A stretch of DNA of 64,000 nt. Source: an uncultured bacterium. GTDB taxonomy: Bacteria > Eisenbacteria > RBG-16-71-46 > CAIMUX01 > WJJG01. The position numbers and the translations under genes are program-made. Below are positions 1 through 8,720 of the stretch, one piece after another. How positions within the stretch are numbered: the first letter of the stretch is position 1; every line of letters begins with the position of its first letter. Location of the stretch: NCBI GenBank assembly GCA_964482205.1, contig CAYZWI010000009.1:79586-143585 (forward strand), read 5' to 3'. The notes under the pieces were generated by a model. That model ran no database searches. It was not told the origin of the DNA and was given only the letters and a program-made list of their open reading frames with translations.

Positions 1-331
1 GGGAGGTGCGGCGACCGGCGCGCTCACCGTCACCGCGACCGGGATCGCCGGCGGGATGCAGACGGGTCCCGTGACGGTCGCGATCACGGTGCCGAACATC
101 AATTCCAACGGGAGTCCCCCGGTGGTGACGAATCTGTAGCCGCGCTCGCGCGATGGGGCCGCGTCCCCGATCCGGGCGGCGCGGGCCATGGCGCGAACCG
201 GCGGATTCGATCGGGGAGGAGCCCGGCGGTGTTGCTTCCCCGGCGGCTGCGCGCCGCCGGGGAAGGCCTGCCCAAGCCGGTGCGGCACAGGGGCGGGGGA
301 CGCCAGCCGGGAACGAGCAAGGAGGCCCATC

Positions 332-1300
332 TTGATCGGCCAGGGTGGAGCGCGCACGGGAATCGATCTCGGGGCGGCCAGCGTGAAGCTCGTCCGCGGA
401 ACGGGCGATGCCCGCCTGCAGCGGATCACGCATTACGGCCTCGAGCGCTTGGAACGCGAACCGGCCGGCGAAGAGACTCAGGTCGCCGCCGTCAAGCGCC
501 TGATGGATCGCCTCGGGCTCAAGCGCGCGGACCTCGGACGCCTCGCCATCGCGATGAGCGCGGAGCAAGCGAGCGTTCGCGAAGTCACCCTTCCCGAACT
601 GACCGAGGCGCAGCTCGCGGGCGCGTTGCGCTTCGAGGCGCGCAAGCATCTCAACCTCGAGCAAATCGCCGACGAGGAGCAAGGCGACCCGGTCGTCGCC
701 TTCCAGATGCTCGGTGCCGTGGCCGAAGCTGCGGCGGGCGCGCGGGAGATGCGCGTCCTCTTCGCGGGCGTCTCTCGCAGCCGGCGGCAGGTCCTGCTCG
801 AGGCGCTTCTCGCGGGAAACCTCGAGCCCGATGTGATCGACCTCGAAGCGCTCGCCGGGTTGAACGCGCTCTTCGCCTGCCGCGTCCAAGGCGACGCGGT
901 GCTCGCGCTTCTCGACCTCGGCGCGCATCGCGCCTCCGTGCACGTCAGCGGCCGCCGGGGCGGATTCTTCAGCCGCTCGCTGACCCTGGCGGCGCCATCC
1001 GCGGACGAGGGCCGCGAACCCTACGCGGAGCGCTTGCGCGACCTTCTGCGCGAAACGCTCACCTTCTATCGCGGCCGTTTCCGGCGTCCCATCGCGGGGC
1101 TGTACTTGAGCGGAGGAGGCGCGGCCCTGGCGGGATTGCCGGAAGCGCTGCGCGGCCAGATCGACGGCCCCGTCGAGATCCTCGATCCCCTGGGCGAGTT
1201 TGCCGCGGGCGCGCGCACGGCCGCGGATGCGGCTGCGCACCCCGCCTGCTTCGCGGTCGCATGCGGCCTCTGCCGCTGGTGGGACGAAGCCCATGTATAA
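332..1300 (+). CDS. pilM: Type IV pilus assembly ATPase-like protein PilM
   Basis: ORF 188..1300 contains ILIGQGGARTGIDLGAASVKLVRG, an actin-like PilM N-terminus. The start is trimmed to TTG at 332, preceded by AAGGAGG at 319-325. First gene of the pilMNOPQ order. Confidence 0.75.
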   Translation: MIGQGGARTGIDLGAASVKLVRGTGDARLQRITHYGLERLEREPAGEETQVAAVKRLMDRLGLKRADLGRLAIAMSAEQASVREVTLPELTEAQLAGALRFEARKHLNLEQIADEEQGDPVVAFQMLGAVAEAAAGAREMRVLFAGVSRSRRQVLLEALLAGNLEPDVIDLEALAGLNALFACRVQGDAVLALLDLGAHRASVHVSGRRGGFFSRSLTLAAPSADEGREPYAERLRDLLRETLTFYRGRFRRPIAGLYLSGGGAALAGLPEALRGQIDGPVEILDPLGEFAAGARTAADAAAHPACFAVACGLCRWWDEAHV

Positions 1301-1841
1301 GATCAATCTCTATCCCGAACGCGCAGAGCGGATGCGCGCGGCCCGGCGCCGGGTGGCGACGACGGCAGGGCTGACGGGCCTTCTCGCCATCGAGACCATC
1401 TTCGCGGGAGCCTTGCTCGCGAGCGGCTTGCTGCTCGGAGAACGGGTCGGCGCGCTGCGGGCGAGCGCGCGCGAGTCGGCGCAGGCCGTGCAGAACGCGG
1501 GCGGCTCTCCGGGCATGGAACGCGCGTCGCAGCTTCTGCGCATCCGCAGCGCCCGGACCCTCTGGTCGCCGAAGCTGTCGGCCCTTTCCGAATGCACCGG
1601 CCCCGATCTCCACCTGGAAGAGATCCACGCGCAGAAGGGCGCGGGAGAGCAGCCCGATCGCTTCGAAGTCAGCGGGACCTTGTCCAGCAGCAGCTCCGAG
1701 GTGGAGTCGGTTTCCCGCTTCCTCGACCGTCTGCGCGATGAACCGAGAATCGGCGGCTCCTTTTCCCGCATCACGCTCGCGACCATCGAGGCGGACGATC
1801 GCTTCCATGTGATCTGCTCCACGGAAGGAGGCGGGCAATGA
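1293..1841 (+). CDS. pilN: Type IV pilus assembly protein PilN
   Basis: MYKINLYPERAE... followed by a single TM helix (TAGLTGLLAIETIFAGALL). Overlaps the pilM stop by 8 nt. Position and size are typical of PilN. Confidence 0.7.
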   Translation: MYKINLYPERAERMRAARRRVATTAGLTGLLAIETIFAGALLASGLLLGERVGALRASARESAQAVQNAGGSPGMERASQLLRIRSARTLWSPKLSALSECTGPDLHLEEIHAQKGAGEQPDRFEVSGTLSSSSSEVESVSRFLDRLRDEPRIGGSFSRITLATIEADDRFHVICSTEGGGQ

Positions 1842-2377
1842 TGCGCGCCGGATTCGGCCGCCGGATGACCGCATTCGTGGGCGCGGGAACGGCGCTGCTT
1901 CTGATCGGCCTCGTCTTCGACCTGGCCCTCACGCGCCCGCGCATCCACGAGCTTCGCCGGCTCGAGGCCGAGCGGGGCGAGAACCTTAAGCGCCAGACCG
2001 AGCACATGGCGGTCGAGAGGCAGGAGCGCGAATTGATCGGCCTCGCGCGGGAGCAGGGGCTGGAGGAGGCGCTCTTCCGTCCCGCCGCGCAGGATCCGCT
2101 GACCTATGTCGGCGGCTTGATCGAGCGCTCGGGCATTCGACGCCTCGCGTTGAACGACGGAGGGAGCCAGGCGATCGAGCAGGTCGTGCGCACGAAGCTC
2201 ACCTTGCGGGTCGCGGGCGCATTCGGCCCCACACTCTCCTTCGTCCGGGCCCTCGAGCAGTCTCCGCGCCTGATCGTGATCCAGGATTTCGACATCGAGC
2301 CTTCGATCGAAGGCCCGGGTCTCGAATCGCGCCTGACCATCTTCGTGCACGACCCGAAACCGGAGGCGGCCACATGA
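1838..2377 (+). CDS. pilO: Type IV pilus assembly protein PilO
   Basis: 179 aa with an N-terminal TM helix and a coiled-coil segment. ATGA overlap with pilN. Conserved position between pilN and pilP/Q. Confidence 0.65.
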   Translation: MMRAGFGRRMTAFVGAGTALLLIGLVFDLALTRPRIHELRRLEAERGENLKRQTEHMAVERQERELIGLAREQGLEEALFRPAAQDPLTYVGGLIERSGIRRLALNDGGSQAIEQVVRTKLTLRVAGAFGPTLSFVRALEQSPRLIVIQDFDIEPSIEGPGLESRLTIFVHDPKPEAAT

Positions 2378-2880
2378 TGCCCGCACGCGAACACCGCTCC
2401 CTCTGGCCGGGACTGATCGCGCTGCTCGTCGTCGCTCTCTTCCTCGGCGCGCGCGCCCAGCAGGCGGCCCGGGTGGTTCTCGAAAAGCCGCGGCCCGCAG
2501 ACATTCCGGAGCCGGCGCCCTCGTCGTCGTTGGCCCGGCTGGCCGCCAGTCTTCGCAGCCAGGACAGCCTGCTCGCCTGGTCTTCGCCGCTGGTTTCGAA
2601 TCCCTTTCCGCTGGAGCGCAAGCGCGCGGACGCCGCGCCGCTGCTCGCGGAGGAAGCGCCCGAGGAGGCGCCTGCTTTGCCGCCCGCGCCGGCGGCGCGG
2701 CCGGTGATTGCGGCGCTGCTGTACGGAGACGATCCGAGCGTCAAGCTGCGCACACCCTCGTCGACCTCGGGCTGGCTGCATGTCGGAGACCGCTTCGCGG
2801 GTTGGACCGTGCTGGACATTGCGGGCGATTCGGTGCGCATCGCGGACGGCGCGCGAGGCTGCGTGCTCACGCGGTACTGA
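2374..2880 (+). CDS. PilP-like pilus assembly/pilot protein
   Basis: 168 aa, signal peptide, Pro-rich linker and a C-terminal beta domain. ATGATG overlap with pilO and located immediately upstream of the secretin. There is no lipobox cysteine, so it is called PilP-like only. Confidence 0.5.
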   Translation: MMPAREHRSLWPGLIALLVVALFLGARAQQAARVVLEKPRPADIPEPAPSSSLARLAASLRSQDSLLAWSSPLVSNPFPLERKRADAAPLLAEEAPEEAPALPPAPAARPVIAALLYGDDPSVKLRTPSSTSGWLHVGDRFAGWTVLDIAGDSVRIADGARGCVLTRY

Positions 2881-2891
2881 GAAGGGGAGGA

Positions 2892-4295
2892 ATGGCAATG
2901 ACGGGGACATGGTGGGGCAGGTGGGGACGGTTCTTCGCCGCGGTGCTTCTGGCGGCGATCGGCGCGGCGGGGGCGGCGCACCCGGCCAGCGCGCAACGCG
3001 GGGACATGGCGCGCGGGGCCTCCGGCGGGGAGGCGCTCGTCTCGCTCGACGCCGATTCGACTTCGGTGAACGATGTCCTTCAGATCCTCGCGGCGCGCAG
3101 CGACTGGAACATCGTGACGAGCCCGGAGGTCATGGGCCGGGCGATCTCGATCCGGCTTCGCAACACCCCGTTCGACGAAGCGCTCGATCTCATCGTGCGC
3201 GCGGCCGGCCTCGGCTACGAACGCGTCGGCCAGTCGATTCTCGTCGGCGACATCGAACGCCTGGGAGCCCCTTCGGGTCTCGTGACGCGGGTCTTCGATC
3301 TCCAATACGCGAACGCCCAGGATGTGAAGGCCGTGCTCGAAGTGCTGAACCAGAAGGTGACCGCCAACGCGCAGGGCAGCCAGATCGTCATTCGCGCCAC
3401 CCAGCCCGCGGTCGAAAGCGCGGCCGCGATCATCGCGAGCCTCGATCGTAAGCCCGGCCAGGTGTTGCTCGAGGCGCGGCTCATCGAGGTCAATACGAGC
3501 GCGCTCCAGGAACTCGGCATCGACTGGGAGAAAATCACTCGCTGGAGCACCGTCATCGGAGAGGGGCCCTTCGACGAATCGGGCAAGGGGCAGATCCCGG
3601 ACGAAATCGACATCCTTCCCTTCGACGACCAGGACGACATCTACCGCCAGAAGGAAATCTTCGAGATCGCCCTGGACGCCCTGCTCACCGACGGCTCGGC
3701 GCGGCTGCTCTCGAGCAGCGAGATCGTCACCCTGGCCGGGGAGCGGGCGGAGATCTTCGCGGGCGAGACCGTGCCGGTCGTGATTACTTCGCTGCAATCT
3801 CCCGGAGGCGCGGGCGGCGTCTTCCAAACGGTGCAGCTCGAGAAGATCGACGTGGGCGTGCGCTTGAACATCGTGCCGCGCGTGGCGGAAGACGGATTCA
3901 TCACCGCCCTGGTGGAGCCCGAGGTGTCGCGCATTCTTCGCTTCGTCGGCCCCGACGACGATCTTCCGCAGACTTCCACCCGCCGCGTGCGCACCCTGGT
4001 TCGCGTGCGCGACGGCGAGCGCATCTACTTGGGGGGGTTGCTCTCCGAGGAAGAGCGCCGCACCGTGAAGAAAGTGCCCATCCTGGGCCAGATTCCCCTG
4101 CTCGGGTATCTCTTCCAGCATCGCATCGTCGAGAAGGTGCGGCTCGATCTCGTGATCGAGATCACTCCGCGCATCGTCGGGGACAGCGGCCCCGGATTGC
4201 CGCGCATCAGTCCCGAGGAGCTGAAGCGCATCGCTCCCGAACGCTTCGAGAGCTTATCCTCCGGCGACGGGCCGCGCACCCAAGTGGGAGAGTGA
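2892..4295 (+). CDS. pilQ: Type IV pilus secretin PilQ (secretin family, GspD-like)
   Basis: GGAGG RBS at 2886-2890. Signal peptide MAMTGTWWGRWGRFFAAVLLAAIGAAGAAHPASA. Secretin N-domain VNDVLQILAARSDWNIVTSPEVMGRAISIRLRNTPFDEALDLIV and secretin C-domain VPILGQIPLLGYLFQ. Confidence 0.8.
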   Translation: MAMTGTWWGRWGRFFAAVLLAAIGAAGAAHPASAQRGDMARGASGGEALVSLDADSTSVNDVLQILAARSDWNIVTSPEVMGRAISIRLRNTPFDEALDLIVRAAGLGYERVGQSILVGDIERLGAPSGLVTRVFDLQYANAQDVKAVLEVLNQKVTANAQGSQIVIRATQPAVESAAAIIASLDRKPGQVLLEARLIEVNTSALQELGIDWEKITRWSTVIGEGPFDESGKGQIPDEIDILPFDDQDDIYRQKEIFEIALDALLTDGSARLLSSSEIVTLAGERAEIFAGETVPVVITSLQSPGGAGGVFQTVQLEKIDVGVRLNIVPRVAEDGFITALVEPEVSRILRFVGPDDDLPQTSTRRVRTLVRVRDGERIYLGGLLSEEERRTVKKVPILGQIPLLGYLFQHRIVEKVRLDLVIEITPRIVGDSGPGLPRISPEELKRIAPERFESLSSGDGPRTQVGE

Positions 4296-4296
4296 G

Positions 4297-5364
4297 ATGA
4301 GAACCAGCGAGCTCCTTCAGGAAGCCGCCCGGCGGGGCGCGTCCGATGTCGTGATCTCGGCGGGCGCCCCCATCACCTACCATGTCGACGGGCTCCTGGA
4401 ATTCCACGCAGAGATGCCGGCGCTCTCGCCCACCGAGAGCGAGGACCTGGTCTATCAACTCTTGAACGAAGAGCAACGCAAGCGCTTCGAGCAGGACATG
4501 GAGCTCGACCTTTCGTTTCATTACCGGGATGTGGCGCGCTTTCGCGTGAGCGTGTACCGGCAGAAGGGAACGGTGGCCGCGGTGCTGCGGCTGGTGCCCC
4601 TCTGCGTGCCGCGTTACTCCGAGCTCGGCATCAGCGAACGGCTGCTCACCCAGTTGGTCGGGATCCAGAGCGGCCTCGTGCTCGTGACCGGGCCCACCGG
4701 CTCGGGCAAGTCCACCACGGTGGCGAGCATTCTCGAGTACTTGAACACCGAGAGCGACCGGCGCCGCCACATCATCACGATCGAAGATCCGGTCGAGTTT
4801 CTCTTTCCCTCGAATGTCTGCGTCGTCGATCAGCGCGAAGTGGGGCGCGACACGCGCAGCTATGTGGTCGGGCTGAAGAGCGCGCTGCGCCAGATGCCGC
4901 ACGTCATCTTCGTGGGCGAGATGCGCGACCGCCCCACGATGGAAATCGCGCTGACTGCGGCGGAGACGGGCAATCTGGTCATCAGCACGCTCTCCACCCA
5001 ATCGGCGGCGAAGACCATCAATCGCGTGATCGATGTCTTTCCGCTGGAAGACCAGGCCGAGATCCGCGCGCGCCTGGCGCTCAGCCTGCGGGCGGTCGTC
5101 TCGCAGGTGCTGCTGCGGCGAAGCGACCGCCCGGGCCGCGTCGCCGCGCGCGAGGTCATGTTCGTCACGAGCCCGGTGGCCAATCTGATTCGCGAAGGCA
5201 AGGTGCATCAGTTGAACAACGCGATCGCGAGCAGCCACGCCGAAGGCATGTCGCTGCTCGACGAATCGCTGCTCGATCTTCAGCGCCGGGGAATCGTGAG
5301 CGCCGCCGAGGTGGCGCCCCGCCTGCAGGATGCGGACAAGTTGCGGGAGGTTTGCGTGCGTTAG
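4297..5364 (+). CDS. pilT: Twitching motility ATPase PilT
   Basis: Walker A VTGPTGSGKSTT and the PilT/PilU family signature throughout. Sits immediately after pilQ. Confidence 0.85.
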   Translation: MRTSELLQEAARRGASDVVISAGAPITYHVDGLLEFHAEMPALSPTESEDLVYQLLNEEQRKRFEQDMELDLSFHYRDVARFRVSVYRQKGTVAAVLRLVPLCVPRYSELGISERLLTQLVGIQSGLVLVTGPTGSGKSTTVASILEYLNTESDRRRHIITIEDPVEFLFPSNVCVVDQREVGRDTRSYVVGLKSALRQMPHVIFVGEMRDRPTMEIALTAAETGNLVISTLSTQSAAKTINRVIDVFPLEDQAEIRARLALSLRAVVSQVLLRRSDRPGRVAAREVMFVTSPVANLIREGKVHQLNNAIASSHAEGMSLLDESLLDLQRRGIVSAAEVAPRLQDADKLREVCVR

Positions 5365-5451
5365 GACAGCCTTCGGCCGGAGGCCGGGGGGGGATCGGAC
5401 GCTCGGAGGAATGCGGCCGCGGGCGCGAGTGAACCGGCTGCCGCGCGCCTG

Positions 5452-5601
5452 ATGGCGCTGGCCGTCGAGGCAGGCGTGCTCGTGATCGCGCTCGCCTTCT
5501 TGACGCGTCTGCCCGGTTTGGGAAGCGGGCCGGCTTGGACGGTGGTGCTGCTCGCGGCGCTGGTGCTGGGTGTCGGCTACTGGATCTTCGTGCGAGGTTG
5601 A
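5452..5601 (+). CDS. Hypothetical small membrane protein (49 aa, two predicted TM helices)
   Basis: ATG at 5452 gives MALAVEAGVLVIALAFLTRLPGLGSGPAWTVVLLAALVLGVGYWIFVRG*. It is below the ORF-track length cutoff and fills the gap between pilT and pilD. Confidence 0.3.
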   Translation: MALAVEAGVLVIALAFLTRLPGLGSGPAWTVVLLAALVLGVGYWIFVRG

Positions 5602-5622
5602 CGCGGGCAGGAGGGTCAAGCG

Positions 5623-6402
5623 GTGGCAGCCAATTGGATGAAAGAGATTCCCGGGCTGATGCTCGCGCTTCCGTTGATCGGGCTCGCCCTGGGAAGCTTC
5701 CTGAATGTCGTGATCCATCGCCTGCCGCGCGGCATGTCGGTGGTCAAGCCCTGCTCGCGCTGCCCCCGGTGCGCCGCTCCGATCCGTCCCTGGGACAACA
5801 TTCCGCTCGTGAGCTTCGCGCTTCTGCGCGGCCGCTGCCGCCACTGCAAAGCGCCGATCTCGTGGCGCTATCCGCTGGTCGAGTTCCTCGGCATGACGAG
5901 CGTGCTCGCGGCGGGACTGCTCTCGCCGACGCCCGCCGCCGCCGCGGTGCGCGCCGCCTTTCTCCTCGCGATGATCGCCGTCTTCTTCATCGATCTCGAC
6001 CATCGCATCATTCCCGATGAAATCAGCATCGGCGGCATCGTCGCCGGACTGCTCCTCGCTCCCACGCTGGGCGTCGGGCGCATGCCCGCGTTGATCGGGG
6101 CCCTCGCCGGCGCGGGCGGCCTCCTCCTGATCGCCTTCGCCTACCACAAGCTGCGCGGCATCAGCGGAATGGGCGGGGGAGACATCAAGCTCGCCGGCGC
6201 GATCGGCGCCTTCCTCGGCTGGCCCGGACTGCTGCTCACGCTCGTGATCGGTTCCTTCCTCGGCTCGGCGGTCGGAATCGGCCTCCTGCTGCGCGGCCGC
6301 GCGACCGCGAAGAGCGCCCTTCCTTTCGGCTGCTTCCTGGCGCCCGCCGCGGCGTTGGTGCTGCTCGCCGGCCGGGCCATCTGGACCTGGTACATCCACT
6401 GA
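5623..6402 (+). CDS. pilD: Prepilin peptidase (A24 family) PilD
   Basis: N-terminal Cys-box region CSRCPRCAAPIRPWDNIPLVSFALLRGRCRHCKAPISWRYPLVE and a polytopic membrane body containing DxxxIPD. Confidence 0.85.
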   Translation: MAANWMKEIPGLMLALPLIGLALGSFLNVVIHRLPRGMSVVKPCSRCPRCAAPIRPWDNIPLVSFALLRGRCRHCKAPISWRYPLVEFLGMTSVLAAGLLSPTPAAAAVRAAFLLAMIAVFFIDLDHRIIPDEISIGGIVAGLLLAPTLGVGRMPALIGALAGAGGLLLIAFAYHKLRGISGMGGGDIKLAGAIGAFLGWPGLLLTLVIGSFLGSAVGIGLLLRGRATAKSALPFGCFLAPAAALVLLAGRAIWTWYIH

Positions 6403-6501
6403 AAAGCCGCGCGACCGCCTGAGGTTTTCGGCACCCCGTCGGCGCGCCTCCCGCGGGTTCCCCGGCATCCTGCCGGCGCACGGCGCGCGTCCGGCCGCCC
6501 G

Positions 6502-6522
6502 CGACATGCTCTGAGCATGTCG
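6502..6522. promoter_or_regulatory. Perfect 21-bp palindrome CGACATGCTC-T-GAGCATGTCG in the pilD/hldE intergenic region
   Basis: Read directly from the sequence: a 10-bp perfect inverted repeat with a 1-nt centre. That is too tight for a terminator hairpin loop, so it looks like a dimeric-regulator operator. It lies about 200 bp upstream of the heptose-kinase gene. Confidence 0.4.
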
Positions 6523-6723
6523 CTCCCTATCGTTGATCGGGGCGGCTTCCGCCTGCTTGCGAAAGAGCCTCTCGTGTGGTCCACTCGTCGTCGTCTCGCG
6601 GCTGCGCTCTTCACGCCGCTTCTATGAGAGGCCTGCGCTGGGCGCTGGATGTTCCGTGAGGGGATCGCCGCGAACCCACGATCGAGCAGGAAGGGTCGCG
6701 CGCAGGGCGCCGGGAGAAGACGA

Positions 6724-7791
6724 ATGAGCCATTCCACGCGACGCATCGGCCGAGTGCTCGAGCGCTTCACCGGCCGGCGGGTGCTCATTCTCGGCGACGC
6801 CATGCTCGATCACTACATCTGGGGCGAGAGCAGCCGCATTTCTCCCGAAGCTCCCATCCCGATCGTCACGGTGAGCGAGGAGAGCTCGCGGCTCGGAGGG
6901 GCGGCGAATGTCGCCCACAACATCCGCGTTCTCGGAGGAGAGGCGCTTCTCGTCTCGGTGATCGGCTCGGACGAAGCGGGCCGCCAGCTCACCGACACGC
7001 TTTCCCGCCAGGGCATCGCCACCGACAGCCTGGTCGTCGATCCCGACCGGCCCACCGTCAAGAAGAGCCGCGTGATCGCTCGCAGCCAGCAGGTCGTGCG
7101 GCTGGACCGCGAGCGCACCGACGAACTGAGCGGTCCCGTGCTCGAGCAGCTCTCCGAGCGCATCCGGGCCGCGCTCGCCGGCGCCCATGCCATCGTGATC
7201 TCCGATTACGGCAAGGGAGTGATCTGCAAGCCGCTGCTCGACACCTGGCTTCCGCGCTTCAACGGCTCCGGGCTTCCCGTGTGCGTCGATCCGAAGGAGA
7301 CCCACTTCCACAGCTATCGCGGCGTGACGGTGCTCACCCCCAATCTCGGCGAAGCCTCTTTCGCGGCGGGCACGCGCATTCGCGACGAGGCATCGCTGGA
7401 ATCCGCGGGCCGTGCGCTGCTGCGTCAGCTCGGAGCGCATCATCTGCTCATCACGCGGGGTGAAGAGGGCATGTCGCTCTTCACCGAAGGAAGTCCGCGC
7501 ATGGACATCGCCGCGGTTGGGCGCGAGGTCTACGATGTGACCGGGGCAGGCGACACGGTCGTCGGCGCGCTTGCGCTGGCGCTCGCCGCCGGAGCGAGCA
7601 TGGAGGAGGCGACGCGTCTCGCCAACCACGCCGCCGGAAGAGTGATCCGCGAATTGGGGACTTCCACGGTCACTCGCGAGGAGATCCTCGAGAGCTGGAC
7701 AAACGGCGAAAGCTCCGAGTCACGAGAAGCGCCAGCGCATGCGGAAGAATCGCCGCCGATGCCTCCGAAACCGGACGCGCGCCCCGATTAG
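6724..7791 (+). CDS. hldA: D-glycero-beta-D-manno-heptose-7-phosphate kinase (HldE domain I / HldA-like, PfkB family)
   Basis: VLILGDAMLDHYIWGESSRISPEAPIPIV and GAGDTVVGALALALAAG are ribokinase-family motifs. A separate adenylyltransferase gene follows. There is a Pro-rich C-terminal extension. Confidence 0.8.
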   Translation: MSHSTRRIGRVLERFTGRRVLILGDAMLDHYIWGESSRISPEAPIPIVTVSEESSRLGGAANVAHNIRVLGGEALLVSVIGSDEAGRQLTDTLSRQGIATDSLVVDPDRPTVKKSRVIARSQQVVRLDRERTDELSGPVLEQLSERIRAALAGAHAIVISDYGKGVICKPLLDTWLPRFNGSGLPVCVDPKETHFHSYRGVTVLTPNLGEASFAAGTRIRDEASLESAGRALLRQLGAHHLLITRGEEGMSLFTEGSPRMDIAAVGREVYDVTGAGDTVVGALALALAAGASMEEATRLANHAAGRVIRELGTSTVTREEILESWTNGESSESREAPAHAEESPPMPPKPDARPD

Positions 7792-7859
7792 GCTGCCATG
7801 CGGGCAGTGGGCGCGCCGCGCTCCGCCACGAACACGAGGGAAGCAGAACGACCGCGCCT

Positions 7860-8393
7860 TTGCGCGCGCCACAAAGCGGAGACGATGTGCAACGGGCCAA
7901 GGAGCGCGTGCTCGAACTCGCCGATCTCCTCGAACGCCTGAAAGAAGAGCGGGCGCAGGGCAGGAAGATCGTCTTCACGAACGGCTGCTTCGACATCCTG
8001 CACGCCGGCCATCTGCGGCTGCTCGAAGAAGCGGCTTCCTTCGGCGACCGCCTGATCGTCGGCTTGAATTCGGATGCGTCCGTCCGGCGATTGAAAGGGG
8101 AAGGCCGTCCGCTCGTCGGCCAGGAAGATCGCGCCCTTCTTCTCGCGGGCCTGCGCGCGGTCGATTGGGTGGTGCTCTTCGAGGAAGACACACCCTTGCG
8201 CGTGATCGAGAAGATCCTCCCGGATGTCCTCGTGAAGGGGGCCGATTACCCGGTCGACGGCGTCGTGGGACGGGGCGTCGTCGAATCGCGGGGCGGCAAG
8301 GTCGTGCGCCTGCCGCTTCTTCCCGGGCGGTCCACGAGCGCGCTTCTGGACTTGCTCAAGAATGCGCGCGGGCAGGGGCGCAGCGGGGAGTAG
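7860..8393 (+). CDS. hldC: D-glycero-beta-D-manno-heptose-1-phosphate adenylyltransferase (HldE domain II / HldC-like)
   Basis: KIVFTNGCFDILHAGHLRLLEEA is a cytidylyltransferase HxGH motif. A TTG start at 7860 or a GTG at about 7887 are both possible. Confidence 0.8.
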   Translation: MRAPQSGDDVQRAKERVLELADLLERLKEERAQGRKIVFTNGCFDILHAGHLRLLEEAASFGDRLIVGLNSDASVRRLKGEGRPLVGQEDRALLLAGLRAVDWVVLFEEDTPLRVIEKILPDVLVKGADYPVDGVVGRGVVESRGGKVVRLPLLPGRSTSALLDLLKNARGQGRSGE

Positions 8394-8608
8394 CCGCATC
8401 CCTGAAACCGCGTCCGCTCCGGGCCGGAAATGGGCTGCCTTCCCGGCCCACAACCGCCACGGCATCCCGAACCGATCTGGAACGCCTGCCTCCTATCTCT
8501 TTGTCTTCTCGAAGGCTCCGGAGCCCGAAGCCGAGCACGAGCATGGATGGCAGCGGTGGACGGCTCTGGCGGCGGCCGGCCGCTTTCACGCGCTTCGCGC
8601 GGTCGACT

Positions 8609-8637
8609 TTGACTTCCCGCCGGCGTTCTGATACTCT
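8609..8637 (+). promoter_or_regulatory. Putative sigma70-type promoter with extended -10 (TTGACT-17-TGaTACTCT)
   Basis: TTGACT at 8609-8614, a 17-nt spacer, then TG at 8629-8630 and TACTCT at 8632-8637. It lies about 85 nt upstream of the 8721 start. A 7-bp-stem hairpin GGGCGTG...CACGCCC at 8674-8700 sits in the predicted 5' UTR. Confidence 0.4.
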
Positions 8638-8720
8638 CCGGCGTTTGTCATTTGGATCGTCACGCGGCGCTAGGGGCGTGTCGCCAGGAATTCCACGCCC
8701 CGCGGGAATAGGGAGGATGT

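Noticed and set aside
4207-6507. 766-aa minus-strand ORF antisense to pilT/pilD. Other very long antisense ORFs are 25393..28644 (1083 aa), 30597..34421 (1274 aa), 40396..42687 (763 aa) and 50395..52893 (832 aa).
   Set aside because: Arg/Gly/Ala-rich, low-complexity translations with no motifs. They lie opposite strongly supported sense-strand genes. This is the typical stop-codon-poor antisense frame of a ~70% GC genome.
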